From NCBI GenBank assembly GCA_903831595.1, contig CAIKXY010000005.1:839-64838 (forward strand): 64,000 nt of DNA, in the 5' to 3' direction. How positions within the stretch are numbered: the first letter of the stretch is position 1; the number at the start of each line of letters is the position of its first letter. A model generated the notes under the pieces. The model saw only the letters and a program-made list of their open reading frames with translations. It did no database searches and was not told the origin of the DNA. The translations under genes were made by a program, and so were the position numbers. Positions 35,671 through 45,471 of this stretch are shown here, in pieces. Origin of the DNA: an uncultured bacterium (GTDB taxonomy: Bacteria > Patescibacteriota > Minisyncoccia > Phycocordibacterales > GWA1-40-21).

Positions 35671-36207
35671 ATGTATATAAATAATATAAAAAGGAAAAAC
35701 TCTGTTTTAAAATCAAAATCTGGTTTTGCTATGCTTTTTGCTGTACTTCTTGCCAGTTTTCTTATTACCCTCGGTGTTTCCATATTTAGTGTTTCCTTAA
35801 AGGAAATACAGATGGCTACTGCAGTTAGAGATTCTCAGGTCGCATATTATGCGGCTGATTCTGCTCGCGAATGTGCACTCTATTGGGACGTAAAAGCCGG
35901 TGCATTTCCTGCCTGTTTAAATAGTGAATGCTCAAATGAACCCACTACAATACAACCAACATGTAACGGAATAGTTACAGATGGTCTTCAATTTTTTAAG
36001 GACAATTATACATACTCAACTTACTATAAAGATTTTTTTAAGTTTATTGCAAATTCATCAACATCGCCAATCGCAGATATAAGTATTACTAAAACATTTG
36101 ACCCAGATAATAAAATCATAAAAACAACAATTTCAGCCTTTGGCCACAACACATCAATTCTTGGCAGGAGAGTTGAAAGAGGAATTCAGACAACTAATAA
36201 TTATTAG
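35671..36207 (+). CDS. PilX-like pilus assembly protein (PilX N-terminal domain; prepilin-like motif lacking Glu+5)
   Basis: SGFAMLFAVLLASFLITLGVSIFSVSLKEIQMATAVRDSQVAYYAADSA resembles the PilX_N domain. Confidence 0.5.
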   Translation: MYINNIKRKNSVLKSKSGFAMLFAVLLASFLITLGVSIFSVSLKEIQMATAVRDSQVAYYAADSARECALYWDVKAGAFPACLNSECSNEPTTIQPTCNGIVTDGLQFFKDNYTYSTYYKDFFKFIANSSTSPIADISITKTFDPDNKIIKTTISAFGHNTSILGRRVERGIQTTNNY

Positions 36208-36210
36208 TAG

Positions 36211-38241
<2,031 letters not shown>

Positions 38242-38243
38242 TA

Positions 38244-38268
38244 AAAAAGTGGCTTGTAACCACTTTTT
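38244..38268. terminator. Bidirectional terminator
   Basis: aaaaagtggcttgtaaccactttttt. Confidence 0.5.
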
Positions 38269-38271
38269 TGT

Positions 38272-38559
38272 CTATCTTATATGAAATGATTCCCTAGCTT
38301 TTACTCCCTCTGGATGATAACCAGTATTGTGTATTGCTCCATTTTTAATTGTATACCATGCGTTTGGTTGTGCTCCAGCTTCGTGGTGTGCAGTCGTATA
38401 CATTTTGTCTCCTCTTATCTTAAAATCTGGCAATGCCGCATTACCACCCTGCGGATGATAAATAGTTCTGTAAACAGCATTACCTCTAACCTCGTATTGG
38501 GGTTTCATCGTGTGTACAGTTTGACCATACTTAGACGCATAAATCTTTTTTATTTCCAT
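38272..38559 (-). CDS. Small hypothetical protein with three ~25-aa internal repeats (Y-x-T/I-Y-H-P-x-G pattern)
   Basis: VYRTIYHPQGGNA / MYTTAHHEAGAQPNA / IHNTGYHPEGVKA. 95 aa. Unknown family. Confidence 0.3.
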   Translation of the reverse strand: MEIKKIYASKYGQTVHTMKPQYEVRGNAVYRTIYHPQGGNAALPDFKIRGDKMYTTAHHEAGAQPNAWYTIKNGAIHNTGYHPEGVKARESFHIR

Positions 38560-38669
38560 AATTTTTTACATTAATTATAATAATTGCGGTTATTTACAAT
38601 AATATTGGGCCTAGTGTAAAATATTGGCTATGATATAATTTTAATTATTATTAACAAATAAAATTATAT

Positions 38670-39722
38670 ATGCTAAATAAATTTTTTAATGTCCTACTTA
38701 TATTTATACCAATAACAATTATTGCGCACTTATTAAATTTACCCGCAATTTTTGTATTTATTTTATCCGCAATATCAATTATACCACTAGCAAAATATAT
38801 TGGCGAGGCTACAGAAGAATTGACCGTTTATACCGGACCAGCTTTGGGTGGTTTTCTAAATGCAACTTTTGGAAATGCTACGGAATTAATTATTGGTATC
38901 TTTGCTTTGCAGGCAGGACTTACAGAAGTTGTAAAAGCATCACTTACAGGTTCTATTTTAGGAAATCTTCTTTTGGTTTTGGGTACAGCAGTATTCTTTG
39001 GAGGAATAAAAAGACCAAAGCAGACATTTAACGGTGTTGCGGCAAAAGCTAGTGCATCTACATTGCTTTTGGCGGCGATTGCACTTGTCATACCTGCGAT
39101 ATTTCTCCAAACTTCAAAAATTTCAGCTACCGGTGGGGTAATAGAGAAGTTGAGCGTATTAGTTGCCATCATCATGATTCTTTCATATTTAGCAAGTTTA
39201 ATTTTTTCACTTGTTACACATAAGCACTTATACACAGAAGATGTTGGAAAGTATGAAGCAAAGTGGAGTATTAAAAAAAGTATAATAATACTCTTGATAT
39301 CAACAGTCGCTGTGGCGTTCATGAGCGAAATTTTAGTTGGCTCAATTGAACCATTAGTTGCAAGTTTTGGTTGGACTGAATTATTTATTGGTGTTATTTT
39401 TGTTGCAATTATTGGTAATGCTGCAGAACATACATCTGCAATAACGATGGCGATTAAGGGGAAAATGGATCTTGCACTTCAAGTTTCAATGGGTTCTGCA
39501 ACCCAGATTGCTATGTTTGTCGCTCCGGCCCTTGTATTAATTAGTTTGTTTTTCCCCACAAACATGAGCCTAGTTTTTAATACTTTTGAGCTTGTTTCAA
39601 TTATTTTTTCAGTATTCATTGTTAATGCAATAATAGAAGACGGTGAATGTAATTGGTTTGAGGGAGTTCAGCTTGTAATGGCGTATATTATTATCGCCGT
39701 GGCTTTCTTTTTCCATCCATAA
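38670..39722 (+). CDS. Ca2+/H+ antiporter (CaCA/ChaA family)
   Basis: Two alpha-repeat signatures, GNATELIIGIFA and GNAAEHTSAITMA; 10-11 TM; 350 aa. Confidence 0.8.
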   Translation: MLNKFFNVLLIFIPITIIAHLLNLPAIFVFILSAISIIPLAKYIGEATEELTVYTGPALGGFLNATFGNATELIIGIFALQAGLTEVVKASLTGSILGNLLLVLGTAVFFGGIKRPKQTFNGVAAKASASTLLLAAIALVIPAIFLQTSKISATGGVIEKLSVLVAIIMILSYLASLIFSLVTHKHLYTEDVGKYEAKWSIKKSIIILLISTVAVAFMSEILVGSIEPLVASFGWTELFIGVIFVAIIGNAAEHTSAITMAIKGKMDLALQVSMGSATQIAMFVAPALVLISLFFPTNMSLVFNTFELVSIIFSVFIVNAIIEDGECNWFEGVQLVMAYIIIAVAFFFHP

Positions 39723-39728
39723 TTAATA

Positions 39729-40136
39729 ATGAAACACATCAAAAATTTATCGTTGGTTCTTTTGTGTATTGATTACCGCTTTTGGCCTCAAGCATTACCT
39801 ATATTAAAAGAAAAATATGGTGATTTTGATTTGATTGAAATCGCTGGGTCAAGTAAAAATATAACCTCACCTTTAGAAGAGGAGGACAGGATTACTTTAT
39901 TAGAAAACATTGGATTATCAATAAAACTGCATCATCCGCACAAATTAATTTTAACCAATCATACAGATTGTGGGGCTTATGGTGGAAGTAAAAAATTTAA
40001 ATCACAAGATGAGGAAGTAGAATTTCATAAAAAGGAATTAATAAATGCTAAATCGATTATTTCTAAAAAGTTTCCAACTTTATCTATTGAAACAGAACTT
40101 TTTACTTTAAAAGGGGATAAAGTTGAATTAGTTTAG
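39729..40136 (+). CDS. Small protein with beta-carbonic-anhydrase-like Cys/His motifs (CxDxR ... HxxCG)
   Basis: LLCIDYRFW and NHTDCGAYGG at the spacing expected for the beta-CA zinc ligands, but only 135 aa. Tentative. Confidence 0.3.
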   Translation: MKHIKNLSLVLLCIDYRFWPQALPILKEKYGDFDLIEIAGSSKNITSPLEEEDRITLLENIGLSIKLHHPHKLILTNHTDCGAYGGSKKFKSQDEEVEFHKKELINAKSIISKKFPTLSIETELFTLKGDKVELV

Positions 40137-40175
40137 AATATTTCTTTTTGTCATTTAAAATGCTATATTATTTCT

Positions 40176-40460
40176 ATGTTAGAGATTAAAGATATAGAAA
40201 AACTAGCCAAATTGGCAAGGATCGAACTTTCATTAGAAGAAAAAGAGAAACTACTAAAAGAAGTAGATCCAATTTTGGGATATGTTGCACAACTAAAAGA
40301 GGTTGTGTCAGTTGTCGGCGAAGAAAAAAAAGCTGGTGAACTACGAAATGTTGTTAGAAATGATGAAAATCCAAATGAAACTGGAATAAATACAAAAAAT
40401 ATTGTTGCTGATATGCCAGCTTCGCAAGACGATTATTTGAAAGTTGAAAAAATATTATAA
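40176..40460 (+). CDS. gatC: Asp/Glu-tRNA(Asn/Gln) amidotransferase subunit C
   Basis: MLEIKDIEKLAKLARIELSLEEKEKLLKEVDPILGYVAQLKEV; 94 aa; directly upstream of gatA. Confidence 0.8.
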   Translation: MLEIKDIEKLAKLARIELSLEEKEKLLKEVDPILGYVAQLKEVVSVVGEEKKAGELRNVVRNDENPNETGINTKNIVADMPASQDDYLKVEKIL

Positions 40461-40464
40461 AAAT

Positions 40465-40956
40465 ATGAAAATAAAAATTTTTACTGCTGGGGGGACAATC
40501 GATAAAGAATATTCAGAAGTCAAAGGAACATTGAATTTTTCTTTTGGTAAACAGGCTGTTATGGAAATGGCTGGCGGTAAAATTAAGTTAAATTTTGATT
40601 ATGATGTTGAAAGCCTACTGGCAAAAGACAGTTTAAATATGACAAATGCCGATAGACTATTAATAAAAAAAGCATGTAAAAGTGTAGTAGAAAATAAAAT
40701 ATTGATTACTCATGGTACAGACACAATGATAAAAACTGCAAAATTATTAAGTAGCATAAAGGGCAAGGCGATTGTTTTGACAGGAGCTTCCCAGCCCTAC
40801 AAATTTAGAGAATCTGACGCAGAATTTAATATTGGTGTAGCAATTGGGGCACTAAATATTTTAGAAGAAGGTGTTTATATTGCTATGAATGGTAGGATTT
40901 ATAAATGGAATGAATGTGAAAAATTAAATGATGGAAGATTTGTTGAGAAACAATAA
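40465..40956 (+). CDS. Single-domain L-asparaginase-like protein (asparaginase N-terminal catalytic domain only), embedded between gatC and gatA
   Basis: MKIKIFTAGGTIDK (catalytic Thr motif TGGTI), ITHGTDTM (second Thr motif), VLTGASQP; ~164 aa. Overlaps the gatA start by ~29 nt. Start re-called to the Met before the TGGTI motif. Confidence 0.6.
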   Translation: MKIKIFTAGGTIDKEYSEVKGTLNFSFGKQAVMEMAGGKIKLNFDYDVESLLAKDSLNMTNADRLLIKKACKSVVENKILITHGTDTMIKTAKLLSSIKGKAIVLTGASQPYKFRESDAEFNIGVAIGALNILEEGVYIAMNGRIYKWNECEKLNDGRFVEKQ

Positions 40957-42379
40957 CATGATTGATTTAATAAATATTACAATTAAAAAAGCTCACGATT
41001 CACTTGTAAAAGGTGAATATACTGCTGTTGAATTGGCTAGAGCATATTTGGATCAAATAAAAAAGTTTGACAAAGATATTCACGCATATCTTTCTGTTTT
41101 TGATGATGCTATCGAACAGGCAAAAAAAGCAGATGAAATAATAAAAAGTGGAAAAGCCGGAATGCTTACGGGGATCCCAATTGCTGTAAAAGATAATATT
41201 TTAATAAAAGATAAAATTGCAACTTCGGCATCTAAAATCTTAGAAAATTATGTTGCGACTTATGATGCAACTGTTATAGAAAAACTAAAAAATGAAGGCG
41301 TGGTTTTTCTTGGAAAAACAAATATGGATGAGTTTGCAATGGGTGGCTCAACTGAAAATTCTGCTTATGGTCCAACAAAAAATCCTCATGATTTAGAAAG
41401 GGTTCCAGGAGGTTCTTCTGGTGGTTCTGCGGCCTCAATAGCTGGAAATATGGCTCTTGTAGCTCTTGGTTCTGACACTGGTGGCTCTATCAGACAGCCA
41501 GCAAGCTTTTGTGGCATTGTCGGTTTAAAGCCTACTTATGGGGCAGTTTCAAGATATGGCGTTATGGCCATGGGTTCGTCACTAGACCAGATAGGTCCAT
41601 TTGGAAAAACTGTTGAGGATGCTGAAATTCTTTTTGATGTGATAAAAGGACAAGACAAAATGGATAGCACATCAATAGAAAGGCCAAAGTTAAAAGTTGA
41701 AAGCAAAAAACTAAAAATCGGAGTGCCAAGAGATTTTCTCAAAATTGGTGGAATTGATAAAGATATAATTATAAATTTTGAAGAATCTTTAGAGAAACTA
41801 AAAAAACTTGATCATGAAATCGTTGATATTGAATTGCCAAATTTAAAATATTCTTTGGCGGTTTATTACGTCATTGTTCCAGCTGAAGTCTCTTCAAACA
41901 TGGCACGATATGATGGTATGCGTTATGGAAAAAGAGTTTCTGGGAGTACGGGAATTGAAGATTATTTTCTTTCAAGACAGGCTGGACTTGGTAGGGAAGT
42001 TAAAAGGAGAATTATATTAGGAACCTATGTTCTTTCTTCTGGTTATTATGATGCATATTACAACAAAGCAAACATTGTTCGCGAAATAATTAAAGAAGAT
42101 TATAAAAAAGCATTTAAAAAAGTTGATGTTATTGCTACTCCAACTGCGCCAAATGTTGCATTTAAAATTGGAGAAAAAATTGATGATCCACTACAAATGT
42201 ATCTTGAAGATATTTTTACTGTTCCTATAAACTTAGCTGGGGTTCCTGCAATCTCAATTCCTTCAGGTACGAAAAAAATTGGTGCGAAAGATTTACCAAT
42301 GGGGATTCAGTTTATTGCTGATTATGGCAGAGAAGATAAACTTTTCTTTATAGGTAAAAACTTCTTGGGAGAATTATAA
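40928..42379 (+). CDS. gatA: Glutamyl-tRNA(Gln) amidotransferase subunit A
   Basis: Amidase signature GGSSGGSAASIA, Ser-cisSer-Lys triad context; 483 aa. Confidence 0.9.
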   Translation: MMEDLLRNNNMIDLINITIKKAHDSLVKGEYTAVELARAYLDQIKKFDKDIHAYLSVFDDAIEQAKKADEIIKSGKAGMLTGIPIAVKDNILIKDKIATSASKILENYVATYDATVIEKLKNEGVVFLGKTNMDEFAMGGSTENSAYGPTKNPHDLERVPGGSSGGSAASIAGNMALVALGSDTGGSIRQPASFCGIVGLKPTYGAVSRYGVMAMGSSLDQIGPFGKTVEDAEILFDVIKGQDKMDSTSIERPKLKVESKKLKIGVPRDFLKIGGIDKDIIINFEESLEKLKKLDHEIVDIELPNLKYSLAVYYVIVPAEVSSNMARYDGMRYGKRVSGSTGIEDYFLSRQAGLGREVKRRIILGTYVLSSGYYDAYYNKANIVREIIKEDYKKAFKKVDVIATPTAPNVAFKIGEKIDDPLQMYLEDIFTVPINLAGVPAISIPSGTKKIGAKDLPMGIQFIADYGREDKLFFIGKNFLGEL

Positions 42380-42398
42380 AAAGTGGTATAATATTAAT

Positions 42399-43043
42399 AT
42401 GGCAGAAAAAAAAGAAGTAAAATCCGGTTTATCATTAGCAGCTTTTGAAATTATAGTAATTTTATCATTAGTTATTGGTCTAGCATCAATTGGTTATGAC
42501 TGGATAACTAAAAATATTGGCGGATTAAAGCCGGTCTATTATAAGATTATTTTTGCTATAATTAATTTTTATGCCAGATTTACTATTTTTTCTATTTTTT
42601 TGTCTTTTTTTCTCATAATTTTAGTTATCATATATATAATTAAAGAAAAAGAAGTAAGAAAAAAAATTATGGCAAAAGTATTGCCAAATGGTGCACAAGC
42701 AAAAATTCATTTAGATAGTGTTATCGTAGAAAATCCAAAGTGGAAATTAGTTGAAGCGCACATTAACTCTGATGATGCTAGTAAGTGGAGACTTGCAATA
42801 CTAGAAGCAGATATTATTTTGAATGATCTTCTAGACAGTCTGCAATTACATGGTGAAAGTATAGGTGATAAATTGAAAAATATTGAGCAAAGCGATTTTA
42901 ATAATCTTGAACAAGCATGGGAAGCACACAAAATAAGAAATGCCATTGCTCACCAAGGGTCAGAATTTTTACTCACACAGAAAGAGGCAAAACGAGTTAT
43001 TAAATTATATCAGTCAGTTTTTGACGAATTTGAAATAATTTAG
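42399..43043 (+). CDS. Membrane-anchored protein with C-terminal HEPN-like (Rx4H, DUF4145-like) domain
   Basis: Two N-terminal TM helices. The C-terminal alpha-helical region contains WEAHKIRNAIAHQGSE (R-x4-H HEPN motif). Motif-level evidence only. Confidence 0.3.
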   Translation: MAEKKEVKSGLSLAAFEIIVILSLVIGLASIGYDWITKNIGGLKPVYYKIIFAIINFYARFTIFSIFLSFFLIILVIIYIIKEKEVRKKIMAKVLPNGAQAKIHLDSVIVENPKWKLVEAHINSDDASKWRLAILEADIILNDLLDSLQLHGESIGDKLKNIEQSDFNNLEQAWEAHKIRNAIAHQGSEFLLTQKEAKRVIKLYQSVFDEFEII

Positions 43044-43111
43044 GTCATAATTTTTCGATGGCCACTATATAATCCTTGCTTTTTTGGCTTTCGTGTTGTA
43101 AAGTAAAATAC

Positions 43112-43182
43112 AGCGGGGTAGAGTAGCAGTAATTCGCCAGGCTCATAACCTGGAGACGCTCGTGCAATTCGAGCCCCCGCAA
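43112..43182 (+). tRNA. Initiator-like tRNA-Met (anticodon CAU) with non-canonical D- and T-loops; possibly a pseudogene
   Basis: aGCGGGG-TAGAGTAGCAGTAATTCG-CCAGG-CTCATAA-CCTGG-AGA-CGCTCG-TGCAATT-CGAGC-CCCCGC-AA. A1/A72 unpaired like bacterial initiator C1xA72. GGCTCATAACC anticodon arm as in tRNA-fMet. But the D-loop lacks GG18-19 and the T-loop reads TGCAATT (G at position 55). Confidence 0.5.
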
Positions 43183-43187
43183 CATTT

Positions 43188-43231
43188 AATGAAAAGCTGA
43201 ATTCTGCTTTATAGAATTCAGCTTTTCATTT
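43188..43231 (+). terminator. Long perfect hairpin terminator (18-bp stem)
   Basis: aatgaaaagctgaattctgctttatagaattcagcttttcatt followed by tgtttttc. Confidence 0.5.
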
Positions 43232-43336
43232 GTTTTTCATAAAAAAAATGTTATATTAATTTTGTCAAAAGCATGTCGACGTAGCTGTTTTGGTTAGAAA
43301 GCACGTTTACAAATTTACAACAGAATATAGATATAT

Positions 43337-43410
43337 GTCGACGTAGCTCAGTTGGCTAGAGCATAGCACTCATAAAGCTAAGGTCGGTGGTTCGATTCCA
43401 CCCGTCGACA
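43337..43410 (+). tRNA. Elongator-type tRNA-Met (anticodon CAU; could alternatively be lysidine-modified tRNA-Ile2)
   Basis: GTCGACG-TA-GCTCAGTTGGCTAGAGC-A-TAGCA-CTCATAA-AGCTA-AGGTC-GGTGGTTCGATTCCACC-CGTCGAC-A; G1-C72 paired. Confidence 0.8.
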
Positions 43411-43467
43411 CAAAGAAAAATATTGTAGAAACGACATTTTTCTGTTATTGTTTTGTTTGCAATAAAT

Positions 43468-43541
43468 GCGGTTGTAGCTCAGTTGGTTAGAGCGCTCCCC
43501 TGTCACGGGAGAGGTCACCGGTTCGAATCCGGCCAGCCGCG
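43468..43541 (+). tRNA. tRNA-Asp (anticodon GUC)
   Basis: GCGGTTG-TA-GCTCAGTTGGTTAGAGC-G-CTCCC-CTGTCAC-GGGAG-AGGTC-ACCGGTTCGAATCCGGC-CAGCCGC-G. Confidence 0.85.
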
Positions 43542-43545
43542 CAAT

Positions 43546-43572
43546 TAAAAAACTCCCACCGGGAGTTTTTAA
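43546..43572 (+). terminator. Intrinsic terminator after tRNA-Asp
   Basis: aaaaactcccaccgggagttttt. Confidence 0.5.
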
Positions 43573-43573
43573 T

Positions 43574-43760
43574 TACGTGACTGGAACGAGTGATGTTATC
43601 ACTCGTGTCCGGGTTCGAAGCCCCATTGAGTCAATTTTATAAATGCAATGAAATAAAATAGCCAATGGGGGTACTGACCCTTTAAGGGTCGAATATCCGG
43701 CCAGTTTAATTTAAAAAACTTATTGAGTCGAAGGTGGAGAAACTCCGGCCAGCCGATTTA
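43574..43760 (+). pseudogene. Cluster of degenerate tRNA-like fragments (pseudo-tRNAs / partial duplicates of the tRNA-Asp 3' end)
   Basis: 43576-43634 folds as acceptor-like TGACTGG/ATTGAGTCA plus hairpin CGAGTG-ATGTTAT-CACTCG (anticodon-like GTT) plus a weak T-arm (GGGTTCGAAGCCCC), but has no D-arm. 43686-43704 (GGGTCGAATATCCGGCCAG) and 43741-43754 (TCCGGCCAGCCG) repeat the T-arm/acceptor 3' half of tRNA-Asp (CCGGTTCGAATCCGGCCAGCCGCG). Confidence 0.35.
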
Positions 43761-43784
43761 CATAATTCATGATATAATTTTTTC

Positions 43785-44193
43785 TATGAAAGGTGACAGA
43801 GGAACAGCATTAGTTTGTAAGGAAAATAAATTTTTAATGATTTTTCGTTGCAAAAATAATAGTGAGTACTATGTTTTACCTGGCGGTCATGTTGAAGATG
43901 GCGAGACATCAGAAGAAGCGACGATTCGTGAGTTATTTGAAGAGACATCAATTATCGCTGAAGTTGATAAAAAAATAATTACTTTTAAAGATGCAAATGG
44001 AAGAACACATCAAATTTTTTTATGTAAATACATTTCGGGCACTCCTAAAATGTCAGATAATAGTGTTGAAGTAGAAAGGGCCTCGGAAGTAAATATCTAC
44101 AAGCCCATGTGGGTTGATAAATACGAAATAAAAAGTTTTAGTATTTGGCCTGAAGAAACAAAGAAGTATTTAATAGATTACTTTAATAAATAG
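43785..44193 (+). CDS. Nudix hydrolase (start re-called to the internal ATG)
   Basis: Nudix box GGHVEDGETSEEATIRELFEETSI. The track ORF 43723..44193 begins inside the tRNA-fragment region with a non-ATG start. Confidence 0.75.
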
Positions 44194-44259
44194 TTTGTAC
44201 TAAAAACTCTAAACCATGTAGATCGTAGTAATTTTTTGTCAAAATATATTTTATCACAC

Positions 44260-45027
44260 TTAGAATAGCCCTTTAATAAAATTGCCAATTTTATTAAAAA
44301 TATTAGTAGTTGATTTTGAAGCTGAGGTCGTTGCTATTATTCCGCGATCTAATATTACCGTTGCTACTGCTGACGAACTACTAATTTTACCTTGCACCAT
44401 AAGGTAATCACCAAGCGCTATGTTCGATACCAATATTTCGCCATTTTTCTTTAAAATTTTTGCGCTTGTCGCATCAATTGAAAAAGATGTGCTATTTCTA
44501 TCTTTAATAATTATCGTTGAATTATTAATCGAAGTAACTGTTCCAATGATCACTGGTTGACTGCCGCTATTATTTGCTAATGTTGATGTTGAATTTTGTT
44601 TTTGATTATTATTTGATATTACTTTCACCTTACTATTAATCGTAGCAATATCACGAATTATATTTGCAATAATTTTTTTATTACCATCTGCTACTCCTTG
44701 TACAAATAATGTGTCACCAACTGCAATTTCAGAAATTGAACTCGTTGCGTTATTAATTAAAACCGAGGCATTAGTAGCATCAACTACATGTGTCGTGGTC
44801 GCTATGACTGGCAATTGATTTTTTGTTTTAGCCGAAGTTCCTTGTTTAATATATAACAAAATATTATTGCCGTTTATAGAAGATACAGTTCCTAAAATTA
44901 TGGTTGTTGTAGATTTTTGAGGCAAGACTTTATTTTTTTTAATAATTGCAAAAGCAGATGTTGTTATAATAGAAAAAACAAATGTTGTTAATATTAAGCC
45001 AAAAAGAATTTTTATTTTTTTATTCAT
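44260..45027 (-). CDS. Secreted protein with two ~100-aa internal repeats (unknown function)
   Basis: Signal peptide MNKKIKILFGLILTTFVFSIITTSAFA. Repeated blocks IILGTVSSINGNNILLYIKQG...VGDTLFVQGV and VIIGTVTSINNSTIIIKDRN...LGDYLMVQGK. Confidence 0.4.
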   Translation of the reverse strand: MNKKIKILFGLILTTFVFSIITTSAFAIIKKNKVLPQKSTTTIILGTVSSINGNNILLYIKQGTSAKTKNQLPVIATTTHVVDATNASVLINNATSSISEIAVGDTLFVQGVADGNKKIIANIIRDIATINSKVKVISNNNQKQNSTSTLANNSGSQPVIIGTVTSINNSTIIIKDRNSTSFSIDATSAKILKKNGEILVSNIALGDYLMVQGKISSSSAVATVILDRGIIATTSASKSTTNIFNKIGNFIKGLF

Positions 45028-45398
45028 ATATTTTTTTAATAAACTAACTATTTATAAAGCAATTATACACAAAAACATTATAAAAGTGAACATTTGGGCA
45101 AAGTAATCAATAATTTAAACTAAAATCCAAATAAATTCTTAATGAAATTATCAATTATAAAAAAGAAAAACGGCATTTTTCCTTGAGTATCTGTGCTTGT
45201 TTCATTTACTTTAATGCTTATTGACTAAGCTAAAACTGGATTTCTGTTTAGTGTTGATCTTTGGTTATAGATGCATTATGTTAAAAATCAATAACGTCTG
45301 TGTTCTATAAATGATACGATAAAATTTGTATTTTGGGTGCAAACAAAATTTTTTCTTTGCAAAAAAGCCAAAAATCGCTTAATATTCAATCTGTTTAA

Positions 45399-45471
45399 GC
45401 CATTGTAGCTCAGTCGGTAGAGCACGTCATTGGTAATGACGAGGTCACCGGTTCGATCCCGGTCAATGGCT
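45399..45471 (+). tRNA. tRNA-Thr (anticodon GGU)
   Basis: GCCATTG-TA-GCTCAGTCGGTAGAGC-A-CGTCA-TTGGTAA-TGACG-AGGTC-ACCGGTTCGATCCCGGT-CAATGGC-T. Confidence 0.85.

Noticed and set aside
43574-43634. Possible functional D-armless tRNA-Asn(GUU)
   Set aside because: The acceptor and anticodon-like hairpin are good, but there is no D-arm and only a 3-4-bp T-stem. The segment is surrounded by other partial tRNA-Asp copies, so pseudo-tRNA debris is the more conservative reading.
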